This document shows positions 11,043 to 23,000 of a stretch of DNA of 64,000 bases, one piece after another. The DNA is taken from the NCBI GenBank assembly GCA_950097015.1, contig CATNEN010000003.1, positions 7,378,001 to 7,442,000 on the forward strand, written 5' to 3'. Each line of letters starts with the position of its first letter. Positions within the stretch are counted from its first letter, which is position 1. The stretch is from Macrostomum hystrix. Its lineage: Eukaryota; Animalia; Platyhelminthes. The notes under the pieces were generated by a model. That model saw only the letters and a list, made by a program, of their open reading frames with translations. It made no database searches and was not told the DNA's origin. The position numbers and the translations under genes were made by a program.

Positions 11043-14000
11043 ATGGATCGATTGGATAGTTTGATTACTACTGCGGCTGTTTTTACCTGTCTGCTCTTGA
11101 CTTCTGGGACAAACGCTGGTAAGAAATAAATATTACTGTTACAGTATTTTAACGTTGGAGCTCGTTGATTTCTAAAGTAACCGTTTTCGTTTCAAATCCT
11201 ATTTATTTAGATGGTGGTGAGTGCCGATCTACTCTTGGTCTTGCCAGTCGAGTGTACCGAATCAACCCTGGCACCTACGGCTCGCGCCAGCCAAGGCCCG
11301 TCAATGCTGAGGACTGTCGGTCGTCCTGCCTTGCCTTGTCCTCGGCGACCGAGCTTTACTTAATCAGGTAGGTCCCGAATCTGAAGTCGAAGTTATTTTG
11401 CCTATGTAAAATGGTTGCAGTGTGATTTTGACTGAAGTTGGCCTTACTGATTGATTAACAGCAGATTCGAGTGACGATTCTAACATTCTAACACACCTCA
11501 GGCAGCATTCTACATTTTGTCCAATTTATCGTTATATTTATGAACTACTAATTTGTGAACATTTCTGAACAGTCCTATACTTATAAAAATGTAGATTCGC
11601 AGGTATTTATGGCCCGATTTGCTTCTGCGGAGATAGCAAGGAAACGCTCAGTGGCTACAACTGCTCAACAGAATGCATCACCGGGCAGGACTGTGATGTA
11701 GTGACCTGGGATTCTCAACTACTGGTTATTCAGCTACCACTACAGATGTACAAGGCCACTCTTCGTCTAACCGGTAAATATATCTGACGTTTACATCATA
11801 TAATTTTTATTGAAAAAATCTGACATTTTTCTTGGTGAATTTAGGGGGATGCGTGGCAGAGCCGTTAACGTGTTTGCCTCTCGCAACAAGGTCCCTGAGT
11901 TCGATTCCGCGACGAAGCCACATTCAGATGTGGCGCAGCAGCGAAGAGAATGCTTGGGGGCTTGACGTGCAATTTACGCCCTTTGAGGGCGAACATCCAA
12001 GGCACAGTGACAGTGAAGTGTACACAGCATGACGATGAGAAAGTCAGGGTAGATGTAAACACCTGTGTGAGCGTGTGCCCGCGTACGTATCCGCGTGCGT
12101 GTGGGCCCAGGAGTCAGCGGAATGGGCAGAACTGCCTCCTCGCTGGCTGCGGGTCTAGTGCGACCAAATGATGTACCAATCCTAGCGGGTCCTAGTCATT
12201 TCGTCAACTGCCGTTTCGTCAACTGACCATTTCGTCAACTTTAGTTTTATATTGGTCGTTTCGTCAACTATGGATTCGTCAACTACCGCATCACTTCAAT
12301 GCGCTTTGGTTATCTTAACAAAAATGATCTTAACAACGATATCTTAGAAAATTATCGCAGCGCGACAGAAGAACCCCTGGCAGGCTGCCCAAATTCAATT
12401 CATGTGAAGTATATTTCGCATTGGCTTAGGGAAAATATTAAACAGAATAATATTATTGACATGCATGGTGGCAAGGCGCATACTGCAGAGAATGGGAGCA
12501 GAGAGAGTCATGCAGCACGATGCAAATAGGTAGGTACTATTTAAACACAGTAAATATTACAGGCATTACAGATAACAAGGTGTTTGTGCATGTAATATCC
12601 TCCCATGAAAGTCTTTCTTGTCTGCTCCGCACTCACTGCTGCTGCTGTTGTTGCTGCGCCCTGTGCGCGAACTGCGGGACGTGGCCGAGGCGGGTGCAGC
12701 TGCGCAGGAATGCTCGAATCGAGAGCGCTCTGCGGCGGTACTGCTCCCAGTAGCCCTCGACTTTCACTTGTAGCTGCTCGTACCGCGCCAGGTGCTGTCG
12801 CTCTTGCACTCCTTGCTGCACCATTGCGGCCTGCAGTGGCACTAGGAGCGCCTCCTTGTGAAGCAGGTGAATGAGAGGGTACATGACCACTCATATGCGT
12901 CCATGCGCATTAAGCGTCTGCGATCGAAACGTTCATTCCGCAAACACGGTGCTGCCATCGCTCACACCGATCACATTGCAGTTTCTGCTGACGTGGTCGC
13001 CCACGCTTGTTACACAGAATACAATTATTTGCATTCTGCATTGCTAGCAAAGGTTCGACAACTAATGAGCAAGAAATTTAGGCTTTTTAACTCTGGGCCG
13101 CGGCCTCCATTATATGTAGAAAAAATAGCGCTTCGGGCCGTTTAGGTGATAGACTTAGCACAGACTTAGAGACGACTGTACAATATTCTCCTTCTCCGAA
13201 TGAACTGCATAATACGACTGAGCGTATCGAAATTCTGTTACTTCTCTCTTGGGTTCCGCTCAGCCAGCAATCGCACATTATGTTGGAATTAGCACTTTAG
13301 GGGAGGATCCGGGGACATTTTTTGACTCGTGTATGATATTAGCACCCGGGTGCGAACATGCCCGAGGATAGCAACCCCGGACTTTCATCTGCACCATTTG
13401 ACACGTTGGGAAGCAAAGCAGATTTCAATCCCAGAGAATCAATTGAGTGATTGCCATTCGAGAAGAGAGAGCAAGGGAGATTGAGAGAAAGAGGGAGAGA
13501 GATTGAGAGAGAGAGACGTCTCTTCGTCAACTTCGTTAACTGCCAGTGAGGGGGCCCAAACATGTTGGTCACTTCGTCAACTGCCAGTGAGGGGGCCCAA
13601 ACATGCTGGTCACTTCGTCAACCGCCAGTAAGGCCGCCCACGCATTTTGGTCATTTCGTCAACCGAGTTGACAAAATGGCTATAGTTGACGAAGTGACCA
13701 TCACCCATGCTAGCAGCCCTCCTGTAATCATCAATATTACTAGGTAAATTTAGATTGTGAAAGATCTAGAAATCTACTAACGCTTCTTCAACACTGAAGC
13801 AGCTTTCTCGTACCGCATAAAACGAAGGTCGCACAGACTCTAACGGACGGTACGCTGTTCAAGATCCGATTGCTATGGAACTATCCTCCGTCCCTTCCAA
13901 GCAAGTCGTTGTAAGACTTCTCGACCACGACCCCAGCCAATCCATGATGAGCTTTCTGCTTCTTATGAGGACAGGGATTCCAAACAAGTTTGAAGGCCTT

Positions 14001-17000
14001 TTGCCTCGGCCAGTGTATCGTGGTGAGTTTTCTAGACAGTAAATATGTCCAGTAACCAATGAATACTCGTACACTTGCATAACGTTCTCAGGCCATAATT
14101 AAACTATTATAAAAGTTTTCTTTACAATTTGCAAACGCAGGACAAAGATCGGTTGTTCATATCGGGATGAGCTTAGCAAATTCTGCATCCGAGGAGCCAC
14201 TAACTAAGATGATACAAACCTACCAACAATTCGAAGGCTATGAGTTGCTTACAAGTCTTCTTGACGTTGTCGTCGGTAGTCAATTTACAGCCACTGTGAA
14301 GCTAAATATGGGGATCAATGGATCATTCAGTGTGGACTTTGGCAATGGTCAAGTTCGCAGCATCTCACAATATTCCGCTGGTAAAGCTTCCTTTGTAAAT
14401 AAGAAATCCTTGTCCAATTCAATCTTGACTAATTTTAACTGAACTTGCAGCTCCTGCTACGTTCAGAAAGCAAAGCAATCGAGCCTACTCTGACATAAAT
14501 TCCTTGAGGACTCGTGTGACTACGACACCGACAAAAATTATCGTCTTGTCTGAGTTTGATATCAACTATCCTGCAGGGACCGTCACACAGATTCACTTCC
14601 ACACGTTTTTGAATAGCAGCTTTGAAATAAAGGTGAGCCAACGTCTGCGTCATAGTTACCTGCAAAAAATTTATATGATAAAAATCCGAATAACATTGTC
14701 AGAAATTACAGACCCAAAAATTAACATTGTTTGCCGAAAATGATTATTAAAAACTATTTCAGCTTGTTCAGCTTAGACCGGAATGTCCATCAGGAAAAAG
14801 GTACTGCTGTTTAGCTAAAGAGTGCTTAAAAACCAGCGAAAAATGCACAGGAACAGCCCGAGCAACTACTTGCCGAAGTGGGAGTCGATGGAGCCTTTCG
14901 ACAGCTGCCTGCGTCAAGCCTGCACCGAATGGAACATCTTCTACAGATAGCAAAGCAACGGCACTAGTAAACTCGTATGAACTGCTGAGAAATGTTAGCA
15001 TAACTGCAGGACAAGGATTTAATCTGATCAATCTAAACGAAACAAGCCGTTTGTTAGTGGAATGCGGCGACTTCATTGGTGTTTACGATCCAAGTGGCTC
15101 TCTATCTGAAATATCTGGATCAACGTCAGATTTGCTCGCCGCCCCAAGTAATGGCAATAAGTGGAACCTTACTCAAGGTGTGACTCTTCAAGGAGACCTA
15201 GCTGTGCAGTTGTTTGGATACAAGGAGGCTCGTCTGCTCTTTTCAACTGTCTACAATGATAGCTTGTGCACGGATGGGACGTCGCTAACGTGCCCAGAAG
15301 ATCGAAGCTACATCGTATCTTTCAAGATGGACAATGAGACCAAAGTTACAAAGAACATCACTGTACAGTCACCAATTGTTCAACCAATACTATCTGCAAG
15401 CAGTTATCTGTGTAAGTACAAGCGTAGGTATTCAAAATTTGTAAAATAGCTTTATTTTATCCTGAATAAATCATTACAACTCTGCCGCAACAACTTCAGC
15501 ATCATCCTACGTGCCAATTAGCCTTCGAGTGAATTATCATTCGGGGAGTCGACCAAAATATACCTGCAACTTCTCGGATGGTTCTGGATCATTGAGCTTC
15601 ACAGAAAAGCGAATCAACCATACTTTCTTTAACAATGGCACCTATGAAGTAATATGCACTGCAGAAAACTTAATTTCAAAAGAAGCTATGAACAATGTAA
15701 GAACACAACATTTAAGCATCTTAAAAATTTAATTGAAAAAAGCTAAGCCAATCTTAATATGCGATTTCAGATTACGATCGAGATTGAGCATCCACTGAGC
15801 CAAAGCTCTGTGTCCATCGATTGCACTGATGCACTCCTGATTCTTCCCAACTCTACGGCAATCAAAACCTTCTACTTTAACTACACTGGGCCTTCCAATG
15901 TCATTCCAAGCAACGTCCATCTCGACTATTACATCATCAACGTTGCCAACGTGTCAAGTCGGTTCGCCTGGACTTCTCTGCGGTCAGATTATTCTGAAAG
16001 TCGGCACTTTACATACGGCGAATTCGACATCAACGGAACACTCTGGAATCGCGTGTCGAATTTCAGCTTCCAGTGTCACGTGACTGTTCAGGAAAAGATC
16101 CTCAACCCGCGACTCGTCTCGAGCACCAGATTGGGACTCACGGATCAAACAATCGGGTTCGTTTTCACCGTCGACTGGGGCTCAGATTACCGACTCGAAG
16201 TGAACTTCGGTGACGGCCGCGTCGAAAATCTTACCGTCAGCGGCCGTCAACACACCGTGCTGCTGAATCACACGTACATGACGTCCGCGAACTTCACCAT
16301 CACCGCTCGAGTCACCAACAAAGTGAGCTCTGAGACCATCACAATGGACGGGACTACCATTGAAATTCTGCTCGTCCCGTTCGGCTTTGCCATCGCGTCG
16401 CTGACAACCAGCTTGATAGACATGCGATCGTCAAACAGAACGAACCCGGGCTTCATTCTGTGTGCCAGCACAAACTACACCTCGCAGCCCAATCTGTATC
16501 TAGGCGATGTCACCATTGACAAGGGCGACGGAAGTGCGGCGACTGGACCCACTCGAATCACCAACTGCAATGCTGGGAGCACTGCTCAAACGACGGCCTG
16601 CACGGACATCGATCCGGGACTCATTTTCTGCTACTTGTTCCCGACACAGACGTACTCCTGGACTGGAAACTTCACGGCCACAGTGACAGTCGCCAAGCCG
16701 ATCGGGTCCCAGACGATCAAGCAGAATGTCTCGATCTTTGCACTGATTGTCGGACTGCAGTTGCGTGCTGTTCCCCATCCCGATGTCGCTGCTGACTTGA
16801 GAATGTCCGTGGGAGCTGCTCTGAAAATCTTCCCGAAGAACCGACCGGTCACATTCACTGCCTCGATGCAGTTCGGAACTGGTCCGAATTTCAAGTACTT
16901 CTGGGACTTTGGCGACGGCAGTAGCATGCAATCCAGCAGCAGTTCTGTCAGCCATCAGTACGCAAAGGATGGGAAGTACATCATCAGTGTGAATGCCTCA

Positions 17001-20000
17001 CACAGCTTTAGCAAAGCCTCTGCGTCTACAAACATCACAGTTTATCGACCTGTGGACCAGCTCGCGATCGGAGCTGACCTGACATCGTCGATGATGCAAC
17101 CGTATGAGGTGTTTGTCGACCTCGGAATGCTTCCCGATGAGGCATGCTTCATCGCTGACTTCAGCGCATTCGGAGGCAAGGTGTCTGCCAACCAGAGCGC
17201 TCATGTGTTTGGAAGTGCCACTGCATGCCAAACTCTTTCACCTGTGAAAGATCAGTACAGAACGATGTACTGGGACAATGCCTTGTCGCAAGAGTATCTC
17301 AGACTATATCAGGCGTCGCTGACTGGTCCAGTGTCTCCAATCATCCGCTTCATCAAAAACTTTACTTACTTTGATCAGCAGACTGTTCGGCTGCTCGGCT
17401 ACAACAAGTACTCGATGCAGGAGACCTCATTTTACCTGGTCGTATCCAAGGGCCCCTGCTCAAAGCCGAAGCTTAATCTGTCATACGCGATGCCGGATCC
17501 GAGATTTCCGAGAGACCAACTGCTAGTCTTCAATCCGTATCTCAGTGTGAACTGTTACAATAACAGCGTCGAGATCAAGTGGAAAGTCGACACGTACAAC
17601 AACGCCACCGGATCATGGGATGACTATATGCCTAGCCTGAAAGCCTTTCATCAGACTTATCCCAGTCACGTGAACTATGTTGTCCTTGACGACAGGCTCA
17701 TATCGGGGATCATGTTTCAAGGAAAGAACGACCAGCTGAAGACGTTCACCGTTTATCCGTTCGCGTTCAAAATTCACTCATCTTACAGGATAACAGTTCA
17801 GGCTACGATGACTGAGGAGCCAGCGTTGAATGCAACCGACTCCATTGTGGTCAACATCTACAAGGCACCGCTACGACCATGTCTCAACTACAAAGTGTAC
17901 GACCAAGAGCTCTCAAGGTGGTATAGCTTGAGCAGTCCTGCTCAGAGTAAGTTCGGGTTCGAGGTTGAGTTCGATGCCGGCTGCAGCGTCAACCCAAATA
18001 AATTTGGTCTTGCCGGAGAGTTCAGCAACTGGGACTTTCAGTTCTACTGCAACCGGGAGTGTGAGGGCGACTTGGTGTTCGGCCCGAACGCTTCGTACAG
18101 CTTCGACAACCAGCCAAAGAAAGTCTGCAACAGAACAAACTTAATGGGCATTGTCACGCACAACTTGACCTGCTTTTCTTTTGAGGCTCTGCGCACCAAG
18201 CACTTTTTGCCCAGTTTGACAAGAAGTGATTGGATTTACGCTGGTGGCAGTGGAGCTATGGATTACATTTATGAGTTGCCCGGCTTCCAGCAATGGAAGA
18301 TTGATGCAACTGTAAAAGGCATCAGCAATTTTCTGTACTACATGACTAGGGCGCAAGGGGACTCTGCGCTTGTTATAAATTCGAATCTAACTTTCGAGAA
18401 TGAAATTCATCGCATTTTTGTGGTTGCTAGAGACAAAAATGACCCTTCCGCTGAACCTCAGGCCACGTCTGTGAAAGTGAAATTTACTCCGGGTATGCCT
18501 CCAATTGTCAGTGATTTGTAAGCACGGGTAACGTTTCCTTTGACCTAATGTAATGAATGTTAACGAGTAATTCTTAAGACATTAAAGCTCAAAACTTTTA
18601 GGTGCATTAGTAATTGCTACAAGACAAGAATTCCTCTGAAACGGCTAGACGGCTCGCCATGCCCAGATGAAGCGATAAATGCAAATCCAAAGGTGGCCTT
18701 GAAGTTTGAAACATATGTGTCAAATTACATTCCTGGCAGTGTGTTGAATTTCGTCTGGCAAATGAGCCGTCTTGACCTGCCATTGCAAACATGTCCCAGT
18801 GATATGCTGCAGACAATGATTCTGACCGATCTAGATGCTATGGAAGGGGATCCCGTCTTCTCAAAATGGAATATTATTGGTTTGTACTTCAAAATCTGCT
18901 TCTGTTTGAGGTAATAAATGAAATAAAATTAATTATTCTCACGGACATTTGAGTATTTATTTCATTTTCAGGAGGCAAGACGTGTACTAGCACTGGTAAA
19001 TAATTTTACTCAGTTCAGATGTCAAAGTCACAGAAGGTTTTGTTGTCACAAAAGGTTAAATTGTTTTTACAGGCATAAACTCGCCGGGTTTAGCCATAGA
19101 CGAGGATGACTGCCTGCCAGAATCTTCCTCATCTGGATATTTCATACTTCGAGTAAAGTGTTACCGCAACTCGGACAGCAACAACTATGGATTCAAGTTG
19201 CTATATATCACTATCAACCGACTGCCAGATATTTCTCGCTTGTCGATACATACTTTTCCAAATCAAGGCCAGGCAATGATTAGTAAAATCAATGTAGACT
19301 GCGATGGCGCCACAGATACGGATGGGCCTTTGAAGTACAATATCGGTTATAGCATCGAGACAAATCCGCAAAGTGTCGATGAATGTGTCATTGTAGAAGC
19401 AGGCACGTTGAAATTACTTAACAAAAATGCTGTTTATTTTTTACATGTTTTCACAAAATTTTATGTCAAAAAACATAGTTGATAAGTGAATCCATTCCTA
19501 TAAGCATCTAAAAAGCAATTGACGAATTTCTTTAAATCTACCAGGTGCGACTGAGTGCAGACTAGAAAGTGCTTTTACTCCGCCAGTTAACCCAGCCGGA
19601 AAGGATTACAATTTGACCATTTGCGTTGAAGTGGTGGACACTTCCAATGCCGCCTCATTTTTCAGTGTGGCTCGAGTTCTTGTAACGTCGGTGCAAGTTT
19701 CCCTGTCTACCATTGCTCCGGGATCTTTAATCATGAATACAATAGAAGGATCAGCGTACATGGGCAGTCCAGGACGCATGGTTGCACCAATCTTTCTAGC
19801 ACTGGGCGTGTTAAACCAGAAGTCAGCTGGCGACCAGTCAGATCAACTGCAAGAGAAAAGAAAACTCAGAAGCAGTTTTGTAAGCCTAATTTCAAAGAGT
19901 GTCTCGCACTCCGACCCAAGCTCTGCACCTGAGCATCGGCTTCAGAATATTGCGTTTCAGTCGAAGATGCTCAGCTCGATAATTGGCTCCGATGCAGCCA

Positions 20001-23000
20001 GCGATCTCAACAATGAAACACTTCAAATTGCATCGGAGGCGAGCAATAACATGGCGAGCGCCCTGCTTCAACTCTCAAAAGAAAGTAAAGTATCCTATGA
20101 CATGATAATGCAAAGCACAAAGCAGATTATGCTGTCATGCAGCAGCATATCCTTTGCCAGCGTTAGTCTTTTGAATGTTGATCCCCAACTTGCGACGCAG
20201 ATGAAACAAAATGATGCAGAGGAGAAATCCAAGGCTGTCGGCAATGTACTTTCAGCACTCGAATCCCTGTCAGCTGCCATCGCCAGCAAGATGGTGCCCG
20301 AAGAGAGAAGAACCTATGTCTCTGTGAAGGATTTGAGCATTGCTGTCTTAAATAAGTTAACAAAGAGTTACACCTACGGTAGGTGCTGCTAAACCATACC
20401 TTTTAATGGACTCTAACTAATTACTAACACTTTTTTACTTCACTTTTCACTCATTTTCTTTTTTTGAAGGAACTTTCGATGCTGGTGATTCAGGCGGCTC
20501 CGATCTGATAACGTTTGGCAAAAACAAGAACACCGAAAACACAACTATATTTGAACACGTGGATCAGGAAAATACAAATCAAACAATAGCAGCATTGTCT
20601 GCTACTTTGACGGTAATAAACATTTTATCTGCTTCTTTATAGGATAGTTTCCTTCATAATTCTAGTATACTTTCTAACTAGACGTTTTTATTCATAATTA
20701 TTAGATAATCAAGAGCAAATCAAATCTTCTGCAACTTGCGAATCAAGGCGCCAACATGACATCCGAAACATACAGCATCAGCATCAAGACTGGCAACTCG
20801 AGCGAGATTTCAGTCAGAAATTTGAGTGCATCCTCCACTCTGGAGATGCGTTTCAATAACCAAAACCGGAATAATAACTCTTTTATGAACGGAAGTACAA
20901 GTGAAACAGAACGATTCCTCACAGTGCACGGCACGTCAGTGGAGCGTGGGAGCGGTCTGTTTGTTAAAGTCGAAATCCCATTTGACACAATCAACAGTAC
21001 GAGCTACGCTAAGGACATAGGATTTTTAGTGTACTTTAGATTTGACTATTCACCTACAATTAATACAGCGGACTACATTTGCGCTCTGCCGCAGCCTAAA
21101 GATACTACTTGCAGTTTAAAGGCCGACTCGAAGCAACAAAATTGTACGAATGCCACAAACTGCAGAAGTTCTCAAGTCAATGCTGATCATCCCGACCCTT
21201 GGACTTGTTTCCTATCGCCAGATATTCTTGCAGGGTAAGCGATCGTCACATTATTTGTTCTTGTATGAGTAAATCATTAGACAAGCAGAACTTGAAACTA
21301 ATTAACCGACTTTTCACCTTGAAAAAAAAGTAATGTAAGGATTTACTATGGCGTAAAGGCAGTTAACCAAAGCCGGCTTGGGTCCAACCTGACCAACGGA
21401 TTCCTAGTCACTGCTTATAGGACTCAGTGCTTCACGTCCAAGTGCTATTATTTCGACAAAAAGGAATTCGCCTTCAAAAGTACAGGCCTGACGGTAAAAT
21501 GCTCGAGTGGCAAATTCCGATCAAATTGATTTATTTTTCCAAACAATCTTTTTATTCTCCAAAGAATTTTAAAATCTAGATTGGTCGATGCAGCACTCCA
21601 AATTTGACGCAGTGCTTCAGCAGCCACCTGACGATATTCATGTCATCACTTTATGTTCCTCCGTTGACTTTCAATCCAACGGATTCTGCTTGGCTAAAGC
21701 TGGACGCCAACCCGATTGCTCTGAGCTTGGTGATAGCATTGGTTTGTGCATACTTAATTGTCCTACTTCTAGTTAGAAAGATGGACGAGAACGATCTAAA
21801 TAAGGTTGGGGTAACGCCACTGCTTGGAAACTTACCAGCTGATAGATTTGGGTAAGTTCGTGCACATCTATACACGACTTGCAGCCAAGAGCCCATCAAT
21901 TCAGATATAATAGCCAATCCGCTTCTAAGGTACGAGCTAACATTCTGGACTGGTGCCCGACACCATGCTGGAACCAGCGCCAAGGTGTGTATCTGCTTGA
22001 TTGGGGAGAACGCCGAGACCGAGGCGAAACCAATTATCGACTTTGAGAGACCAGTACTGCAAACAGGAGGCGTCGACTCGTTCTACATGACAACGCCGTG
22101 CAATCTGGGTCGTTTAACGCACGCCAGGATCTGGCACGACAACTCGGGTTCAGATCCAAAGTGGTATCTAAGCCGAATACTGGTGAACGATTTGCAGACA
22201 GGAGACAAGTACTTTTTTATTTGCAACCAATGGTTTGCTGTGGATGAAGAAGATGGAAGGGTGAGAATGATTTTTTAATACTTTTTTAGGACTAGACTAT
22301 GTCTCAGAAGTGTCACAATGAAACTGAGTTAGAGCTTTGTATAATAAAGGCTCTTTCACTATGCCATAGAACGAGTCCAAATGATACTCCGTTCATTTCT
22401 AAGAACTGACAACCAGTAAAACGCTATCATATAGTGATTTCGTACCTTTCCCAAACTTTGTTTTAACAAAATAGATCGATAGAGTTCTTCTAGTATCCGG
22501 AATGGAGGAGGTCAGAAAGTTCGACGTCGTCTTCTGGAGCAAGGCGCAGAAGAACCTCAACGATGGCCACTTGTGGCTCTCCGTGGTGACCAGGTCGCCC
22601 AGAAGCAAGTTCACGAGGGTCCAGCGCGCAACTGCCTGTCTCGTGCTGGTCATGAGCACCATGATGGTGAACCTCATGTTCTATGGCCAGACCAAGCAAG
22701 TCCAGAGTCCTCAGCTTATCGAGTTCGGTCCTGTCAAGCTCACAGCGCACAGCATCTACCTGGCGACTGTGTCGTCGCTCATCATTCTGCCCATCAATGT
22801 CCTCATTGTTGTGCTGTTCAAGAACAGGCGCAACAAGCCAAAGTCGGCTTCATCAAAGGTGAAGCCTCGCGGTCCGGTGACTCTCGATGACGATGGTGAA
22901 GCTGGAAAAGGCAAAAAGTACGCAGAGAGCGAGACTGCTCCAGTCAGCCATGACGCTGCTGACAAATCCTTGAAGTCGAGAGTGATGGCTCGCCTTCGTC

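Noticed and set aside
16268-17231. Antisense ORFs duplicated at 35326-36289 (also 22399-23460 and 42396-43349)
   Set aside because: These are shadows of the polycystin exons. Their duplication only reflects the homogenised tracts.
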